Shown piece after piece: positions 1-6,600 of a DNA stretch of 7,156 nt. A program made the position numbers and the translations under genes. Source of the DNA: Histomonas meleagridis 2922-C6/04-290x (Eukaryota; Protista; Parabasalia); assembly GCA_020184695.1 (NCBI GenBank), contig JAANOX010000024.1, forward strand, positions 1-7,156, in the 5' to 3' direction. Within the stretch, counting starts at the first letter, position 1. Each line of letters opens with the position of its first letter. The notes below the pieces were generated by a model. That model was not told the DNA's origin. It saw only the letters and a list, made by a program, of their open reading frames with translations, and did no database searches.

Positions 1-62
1 TAAAATTTAAGTAATGATTTGATAATTTAAGACAATATTTGGAAATTATTCAAACTATTTAA

Positions 63-125
63 TCCATACTTATGAAAGCATCTGAAAATGGTTATTTAGA
101 TATTGTTGAATTAATAATTAATTAA
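63..125 (+). pseudogene. Ankyrin-repeat-like coding remnant (or isolated exon)
   Basis: Frame 63-122 reads SILMKASENGYLDIVELIIN, matching the ankyrin core (T-P/A-L-x-x-A-x-x-x-G-x-x-x-I-V-x-x-L). It is bounded by in-frame TAA at 60-62 and 123-125. The same frame later gives GKHIDVYIK (204-230), which resembles the 'IDVNxK' ankyrin tail. Only one repeat is visible. Confidence 0.4.
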
Positions 126-800
126 AATTTGATCACAACAAGATGCATTTCGATTGATATGAAATTTTATTCTTTGAGAAATTAATATATGGAAAATGAA
201 TGAGGAAAACATATAGATGTTTATATCAAATATAGAAGCTATTTTATTGCTTTTTGGATTAATTTGATTATTTTTTTAAATAATTTTTGAATTTGGTTTA
301 AACAAATTTTTTGCAAATAAAATTCTATAACTTTTAATATCTGAATATAAGTGCATTAAATCTGTCGTATCAAATATTAATTTTTTTTTGCTATTTATTT
401 GAAACTAAAAATGATTTGCAATTGCAACATCATCTTAAATTCGAGCCTATAAATCAATGAGCGAAATTAATGTGGTTCAAAATTAAGTAAAAATAGATTT
501 TAATAACAATGCTTTCTGTCATAAATTACAGACCTTTTGTGAAGTGTGCAAAGCAAACATAATTGAATTTTTATCGCAGAAATACAACAACTTTTGATTT
601 TTTTACAGTGAAAGTGATCGTTTCCGATTTCATCATTTCATTGGAGAGCATTGAAAAATTCATAACATAATTTCACTTTTTACGATATCAGAAATTTCTG
701 AATTTTCACTGAATTTTGCCGCAGATTGACTTAAACCGCCGACTACAACACTTCATCAAAAATTTCACAGTATTTTTATGTTTTTATTTCATTACAACAA

Positions 801-2942
801 TTATATTCCATACAAATCATTATCTTCCAACTCACCGAATACGGGCGAAGTTGTGTTAGAGTTTTCTGTTAATTGACAAGACCAAATTCTTGGCGAAGCA
901 TTTAATTTTTTCCAATCTATATCTGTATCATCATTCAAATGTGAATATGCATATCCAAAAGCCTTAAACTTAGCTTCATTATATCTTGCAGTTTCTTCAT
1001 CAGATGATTTTTGTTGATGTTGCAATATTTCTTTCTGTGCATTATCCTTCTCCAATTCCTTATCTTTACCATCCTTCTCTTTTATCTTTATGACTTCTTT
1101 CTCGATTTCATCATTCTTCTTCTTTCTTTCTCTTTTCTTCTTCGGCCCTTTACGGACGACTTCACCTGTGACTTCACCGGCCACTTTTTTCCTTTTCCTT
1201 TGTTGCTTTGTCTCCTGTGGCAGCAACCTTTGGATCTGCATCTGCATTTGCATTTGCATCTGTGGGTGCATTGGAATGGGCATAGCTGCTGGCGAGGGCA
1301 TTGCCATAGCGGGCGAATGCATCACCATAGCTGCGGGTGAAGGCATCACCATAGATGCTGGCGAATGCATTGATACAGATGAAGATGGAGGTGGAGGCAT
1401 TGCCATTGGCGCAGGCGAGTGCATTGCCATAGATGAAGACGAAGACATAGCTATAGATGAAGACGGTGGCATTGCCATTGGCGCAGGCGAATGCATTGAA
1501 ACAGATGCAGGTGAATGCGTTGCCATAGATGAAGAAGAAGACATAACTATAGATGAAGACGGAGGCATTGCCATTGGCGCAGACGAACGCATTGAAACAG
1601 ATGAAGACAGTGGCATTGCCATTGGCGCAGGCGAACGCATTGAAGCAGATGAAGACGAATGCGTGGCTGTAGAAGAAGGTGGAGGCACTGCCATAGGCGC
1701 AGGCGAAGGATCTTCACCTTTTTCAAGAGAAACGTTTCTCCTCCGAGGAGGCCTTTTAGGCGGTGGGCGTTTTGCACCAATATGTATTGGGACTGGAATC
1801 GAAGGTACTGGGAAAGGCGCTTTTTGTTGCTTTTGTGATATGTGAGTTACGTCAAATGTTATCTCGTTAATTAATATCGAACGATTACACTTTGGACACG
1901 AAGAAACTCCGGTTTCTATTACCTGCGCTATGAATTTTTCGACATCGAAAGACTGAACTGGTTTCTTGCATCCACAAACAAGCGGATATCCATAATAAGG
2001 CCCTTCGATAGAACTACAATCTATGGCTTGTTTCTTCATCAACTCTTGAATTATGTTATTTTTTGGTATGACAACAGTTATCGAAAACCAACATAGTGTA
2101 TTTGGAGATTCAAGTTGAACTAATATCTTCGATTGGTTATGTATTTTCGAACGACGGCCAAAGAAGTAATATAACTTTTCTTCGCCAAATGTTACGGGAG
2201 TAATTTCTGTTTCATCTATTTGAACATTTGCTTTTGGTAGAATACAGTTTGGAACAGTAAATAGTTGACCAATAACATACGGATCGCTCTCGCATGGCGT
2301 CAATGGAAGGTTATACGTGAATACATTAGAGATATATCGAAGAAATTGAATATGACGTTTGGATTCTGGAAGCTGTCTGAATATAAATGGAATTTTGGGC
2401 TCAAAGAAAAAAGATAATTGTTCTTGTGTGCCCTTTTGAAGCAATTCGAAAAACGATATTAACGAAGGATAGATATTATTATTAGACATTTTTTCGATTT
2501 CTGGAAGAATGACCGAAAAGAAGCAATCCACAGATGCTTCACGAGAAGGAGCGGAGATATTAAAAACCTTTTCGATAATTGATAAACGGTCATTTGATAA
2601 TGAAGAAATAATTCTGTTAATGGCATTCTTGCTTTGAGCTGGAGTCAAAGGAGTTGGAATATTACTTCCAGTAAATTTTTCGTTTGATTTTTTTGGGGCT
2701 TTTCTTGTTTTTGCTGGATGTGTCGGCTGAGGTTGTATACGAATATTCTGAGGAAATGGTACTGGTTGAAGTTGTGGACGTCCTTTAAATGGAGGAATCA
2801 TTTGGTATGGATAATATTGTGAAGGGATCGGATTTGTTTGCCAATATTGAAAAGGATGTTCGGCATTGCCCAGAGGATGTTGTGGAGTGGTTTGGTTGGT
2901 GGGAAAAATAGGTTGGGCGATTCTGTTTTTCCGCAAAGTCAT
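801..2942 (-). CDS. Putative nuclear protein with degenerate SP-RING/MIZ zinc finger (PIAS/Siz/ZMIZ-like) and low-complexity repeats, 713 aa
   Basis: Uninterrupted 713-codon ORF from ATG (2942-2940) to TAA (803-801). It has a P/Q-rich N-terminus, a globular middle region, a Cys motif with SP-RING spacing (aa 309-364), an octapeptide array and K/R clusters. The CDS call is strong; the product call is moderate. Confidence 0.85.
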   Translation of the reverse strand: MTLRKNRIAQPIFPTNQTTPQHPLGNAEHPFQYWQTNPIPSQYYPYQMIPPFKGRPQLQPVPFPQNIRIQPQPTHPAKTRKAPKKSNEKFTGSNIPTPLTPAQSKNAINRIISSLSNDRLSIIEKVFNISAPSREASVDCFFSVILPEIEKMSNNNIYPSLISFFELLQKGTQEQLSFFFEPKIPFIFRQLPESKRHIQFLRYISNVFTYNLPLTPCESDPYVIGQLFTVPNCILPKANVQIDETEITPVTFGEEKLYYFFGRRSKIHNQSKILVQLESPNTLCWFSITVVIPKNNIIQELMKKQAIDCSSIEGPYYGYPLVCGCKKPVQSFDVEKFIAQVIETGVSSCPKCNRSILINEITFDVTHISQKQQKAPFPVPSIPVPIHIGAKRPPPKRPPRRRNVSLEKGEDPSPAPMAVPPPSSTATHSSSSASMRSPAPMAMPLSSSVSMRSSAPMAMPPSSSIVMSSSSSMATHSPASVSMHSPAPMAMPPSSSIAMSSSSSMAMHSPAPMAMPPPPSSSVSMHSPASMVMPSPAAMVMHSPAMAMPSPAAMPIPMHPQMQMQMQMQIQRLLPQETKQQRKRKKVAGEVTGEVVRKGPKKKRERKKKNDEIEKEVIKIKEKDGKDKELEKDNAQKEILQHQQKSSDEETARYNEAKFKAFGYAYSHLNDDTDIDWKKLNASPRIWSCQLTENSNTTSPVFGELEDNDLYGI
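1116..1199 (-). other. Basic clusters, probable nuclear localisation signal(s) in gene 1
   Basis: RKRKKV (1199-1182) and PKKKRERKKK (1145-1116) resemble the classical SV40-type NLS PKKKRKV. A further basic patch, KRPPPKRPPRRR, precedes the repeat array. Confidence 0.6.
1230..1262 (-). repeat. Coding hexanucleotide microsatellite encoding QMQMQMQMQIQ
   Basis: The plus strand reads TGGATC TGCATC TGCATT TGCATT TGCATC from position 1231. Confidence 0.9.
1272..1706 (-). repeat. Coding 24-bp-period minisatellite: 18 variant octapeptides (SPAPMAMP / PSSSVSMH / SSSSMAMH types)
   Basis: The 23-mer GGCATTGCCATTGGCGCAGGCGA occurs at 1396, 1468 and 1612 (exact), 1564 (1 mismatch) and 1684 (2 mismatches). 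The spacings 72/96/48/72 are all multiples of 24. The protein parses into 18 units (17 x 8 aa plus one of 7 aa) and a PP insertion, 145 aa in total. Confidence 0.9.
1851..2018 (-). other. Degenerate SP-RING (zf-MIZ)-like domain in gene 1
   Basis: The sequence is C309-x15-C325-KKPVQSFD-x15-CPKC-x11-D364. PIAS-family SP-RINGs, as I recall them, read C-x15-C-x-H-L-Q-C-F-D-x15-CPxC-x11-D. Spacing and the Q-x-F-D, CPxC and final D landmarks agree, but the His is missing. Confidence 0.6.
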
Positions 2943-3067
2943 CGAGAATTTGTTCGAGTCGTTGCACCGACTTTTTCAGTAGTAAATAATTGTTAATCTT
3001 TTATCAAAATTCTTTTCAGTACAAGCCTGACAATTTTCTGAGTGCCCAAAATACGATTTCTAAGCGA

Positions 3068-3084
3068 AAACCGTTGGTCAGTTA
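3068..3084 (-). promoter_or_regulatory. Possible Myb-type / trichomonad M3-like sites upstream of gene 1
   Basis: The minus strand has AACGGTTT (3075-3068, fits the T. vaginalis M3 consensus DRCSGYTD), overlapping CAACGG (3076-3071), and TAACTG (3084-3079); the last two fit Myb YAACKG. They lie about 126-142 nt upstream of the ATG. No clear Inr lies near the ATG. Confidence 0.2.
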
Positions 3085-3605
3085 CGTACCGGCTCTTTCT
3101 TCTACGAAAATATTTCACAATAAAAAAAATAAATTTTACAATGAACGAGTGATATAATGGAAGATTTTGTAGATAAACTTATCAAAAAAATGAGATGGAT
3201 TATTAATATACAAAAAATTATGGTGAAATGATTAGAAACACTCAAAGTGGGCGAAAAATTATCTTCCGCGTTCAAGATCAAAAGTGACCTCTTCGATAAC
3301 GCATCCCGTCAGATTGACACTTTTATTTAAAGTTTCCCAAAAAAAATGAATTTTTATAAAATTTTGATGTTATTTTTGGATGTTCTTCACTATTATTAAG
3401 TTTCTTTAAGTGTACAATGCCCATTTAATCATAAGAAATAATGAATGTAATATCAATTTTAAAAAAATAAAATTTAAAGAATTAAAATTAATAAATAAAG
3501 AAATAATTCGTTGAGTGAATAATTTTTTAATAACAAAACTTTAAGTAGAAATTCTACAGTAACCCTGTCAAAAAATGCAAATACAAAAACTTTATTTTTA
3601 ATAGA

Positions 3606-3643
3606 AATTTTGTGGTGTAAAATAACGTATTTATTTTATTTTA
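3606..3643 (-). terminator. Trichomonad-type 3' processing signal of gene 2
   Basis: The stop codon TAA plus the next A forms TAAA, with further TAAA copies at 3638-3635 and 3633-3630. These are followed by C|AAAATT (3612-3606) and then a T-rich tract. This fits the UAAA ... Y|(A)nAAUU ... U-rich model described for T. vaginalis. Such motifs are also common by chance in AT-rich DNA. Confidence 0.4.
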
Positions 3644-6600
3644 TTTTCCTAAAACAGAATAACCAATACAAAGTAACAAAAATGTTGAAAGCAAAAACAT
3701 TCTTCTCTTTTTCTGTGCGTAATTTGCATATTTCTGTGCTATATCACTAAATTCATAAAGATATAATAATTGTTTATGTTCTAAAATACTTTCATCAAAT
3801 TTTTGTAATTGATTTCCATTTTGTAATTTCAATTCTATTTGATGATGTTTTTCTTTAAGTTTTTTGATTTTCTTTGTTTGCTCATTTAAATCATTTTGTA
3901 AACCATCAATTTGATCATCTTTAAACTTTTCATTAATTTTTTGTTCTTTTTCTTTGTTCAATTCATCTTTAATATTTTGGTTATTTTCTTTAAGTGAATT
4001 GATTTCATTTTCAAGTTTTTTAATTATTTCATTTTGTTCATTTTTTTGTTTTTCAAGTTCTTGAATTTTATTTTCTGCTTTTTCCTTTAATAATTGCATA
4101 TCAAATGCATCTTTTTGTAGTTGCAAAATTGATTGCGAAGAACCAATGTTTTGCGATTTAAGTGAATTAAATTGTTCTTCAAGAAATTTCGAATGTGATT
4201 CACTTTTTTCTATGAGTTCTTTTAATTTATCAATTTCGTTACTTTTCATCAAAAGTTCTTTTTCCATTTCTTTAAGTTTTATTTCATTATCATCAAAACT
4301 TTTTTGCAAATTATTAATTTGTTGAGTTTTATCATCGTTATCATTTAGGATTTGTTGAGTTTTTTCTTCATTATTTTGGTGATCATTTTCAATTTGTTGT
4401 ATTTCTTTTTGTAATTCTTTACATTGATTTTCTGATATTTGTAATTTTTCTAAATTTTCTTTGATTTCGTTTTCTAATTCTTTGATTCTTTGTTGCTTGG
4501 CATTTAATTCTTGTTCTAATTCTTCAATGCGTTTCTTATTAGCATTTTCTATTTCATCGTTTTGTGTATTTTGATTTTCTCTGATTTTGTTGATTTCTTG
4601 TTTTAATCCTTCGAGATATTTTTTATTGTTATTTTCTGTTTCTAATTCTTTATTAAGTTTAATTTGGATTTCGTTTAATTCGTCAATTTCATTTTCTAAC
4701 TCTTCAATTTTTTGTTGTTTATTATTTAGTTCTAGTTCTAATACCTCAATGAGTTTCTTATTAGCATTTTCTATTTCATCGTTTCGTGCATTTCTATTTT
4801 CTCTAATTTTATTAATTTCTTGTTCTAATTCTTCAAGATTCTTTTGGTTTTCCTTTTCTGTTTCTAATTCTTTATTAAGTTTAATTTGTATTTCATTTAA
4901 TTTGTTAATTTCGTTTTCTAATTCTTCAATTTTTTGTATTTTTGAATCTAGTTCGTTTTCTAATTCTTTAATGTGTTCTTTATTATTATTTTCTGTTTTT
5001 AATTCTTTACTAAGTTTACTTTGAATTTCGTTTAATTCGTTAATTGCATTTTCTAATTCTTCAATTTTTTGTTGCTTCGCATTTAATTCTTTCTCTAATG
5101 CTTCAATACGTTTTTCTTTGTTATTTTCTTCGATTTCATCATTTTTAGCTTTTTGTTTCTCTATTAGTTCATTGATTTCTCTTTCTAATTCTTTTATATG
5201 TCTTCTGTTTGCATTTTCAGTTTCCAATTCATCATTTCGAATATTTTCTTCTTTCAATCCTTTGATTTCATCTTTTAATTTTTTGATTTCTTGTGCTTTT
5301 TCATTTAATTCATTTTCTAATTCTTTAATATGTTCGAGATTTTCATTATCAGCAATTGTCATATTGTTTTGTAGTTCATTAATTTTCTCTTCTAGTTCTA
5401 CTATCCTTTGAATATTGGAATTAATATCTTTTTCTAATGAGTCGATTATTTGTTGCTTGTTTGCTATTTCGCCCTCTAATTCTGCTATACGCTTTTGTTT
5501 ATCATTTTCATCATTTTGATTTTTCATATCACTAATTTCTCTTTCTAATTCTGTAATACGCTTTTGTTTATTATTTTGATCATTTTGATTTCTTAAATCG
5601 TAAATTTCTTTCTCTAACTCTTTAATTCTCCTTTGTTTATTATTTTCTTCAAAACTTGAATTTTGATTGTTTTCATTTTGGTTTCTTAAATCATTAATTT
5701 CTCTTTCTAACTCTTTAATGCGCTTTTGCTTATCATTTTCATCATTTTGATTTCTTAAATCATTGGCACTATTTACTTCAAAGTTATCATTTTCATCATT
5801 TTGTTTTCCTAATTCATAAATTTCTCTTTCTAACTCTTTAATGCGCTTTTGCTTATTATTTTTATCATTTTCATTGTTTTGATTTCTTAAATCATTAATT
5901 TCTTTTTCTAATTCTTCAATACGCTTTTGTCGGTTGCCATCTGTTACCAAATTATCATTTTCATCATTTTGATTTCTTAGCTCAGAAACTTCTCTTTCTA
6001 ATTCTGCAATACGCTTTTGCTTATTATTTTTATTATTTTCATTATTTTGATTTCTTAAATCAGAAATTTCTCTTTCTAATTCTGCAATGCGTCTTTGCCT
6101 ATCACTTTCTGATGCAAATTTGTTGTTTTGATTCATCAATTCATTAATTTCTTTCTCTAACTCTTTAATATGTTTTTCTTTATCATTTTCTGTTATAAAT
6201 TTATTATTTTCTTTATTTCGATTTCTTAAATCAGAAATTTCGGTTTCTAATTTTTCAATTTGTTGAATTTTGTTATTTAGTTCCTTTTTCATTTGTTTAT
6301 TTTCCATTAGTATTTGATTGTATTGATTTTCTATATTTTTGATTTTAGTTTCTTCTCCTTCCAAAAAATGCTTGACTTCAATATTCTCTTGTTCGAGCTT
6401 GCTTATCTGACCATTTAAATGCTTAACTAAGCCTTCATATTGAATTTTTTCTGCTTCGATTTGATTGGTATTTTTTTCCATTGCATTTTGGAATAAATTT
6501 TTCTCTGATTCCAAATTTTGTTTGTCAGATTTCAGCTCATTGATCATTTCTTCAAGTTCAGAAATGCTTTTTTGCCTTGATTTATTCTGCTGATTTAATT

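Noticed and set aside
411-433. 12-bp palindrome TTGCAATTGCAA (416-427) with imperfect ATGAT/ATCAT flanks
   Set aside because: It is a single short palindrome in AT-rich DNA, with no associated gene, TSD or second copy.
849-866. CTAACAC resembling the trichomonad intron branch/3' motif ACTAACACACAG
   Set aside because: The match is incomplete, has no AG at the required position, and lies in an open coding frame (ENSNTT).
1011-1340. 109-aa hydrophobic plus-strand ORF (LHLHLH)
   Set aside because: It starts at TTG, which is not a normal eukaryotic start. The F/L richness is the reverse complement of AAA/GAA codons, and LHLHLH mirrors QMQMQM.
1547-1780. 77-aa alternative-frame minus-strand ORF inside gene 1
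   Set aside because: It has a TTG start and lies within the GC-rich repeat where stops are scarce. There is no independent signal.
1090-1845. 251-aa plus-strand ORF with GIAIGAGE/DEDE repeats, antisense to gene 1
   Set aside because: Shadow ORF. In this frame a stop needs a Tyr/stop codon (TA-) after a T or C, or a T|CA junction, on the sense strand. The Tyr-free Pro/Ser/Met/Ala and Lys/Glu regions rarely supply these. Its repeats are just the complement of the 24-bp array.
2785-2967. 60-aa ORF overlapping the gene 1 start (possible uORF)
   Set aside because: It begins at GTG, not ATG, and has no recognisable features.
3257-3369. Minus-strand reading ...GCVIEEVTFDLERGR echoing 'INEITFDV' of gene 1, near a TCATTTT Inr-like motif
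   Set aside because: This frame has no Met, the match is only a few residues, and the nearest ATG after the Inr-like motif gives only 8 codons.
4587-5411. Two plus-strand F/S/L/I-rich ORFs (4587-5024, 5118-5411) that look like membrane proteins
   Set aside because: Both have TTG starts and are antisense shadows of the Tyr-poor E/K/N-rich coiled-coil codons.
4457-6262. Repeat-plus-variable-spacer pattern superficially like a CRISPR array
   Set aside because: The repeats are degenerate, in frame and protein-coding, the spacers are related to each other, the context is eukaryotic, and there are no cas genes.
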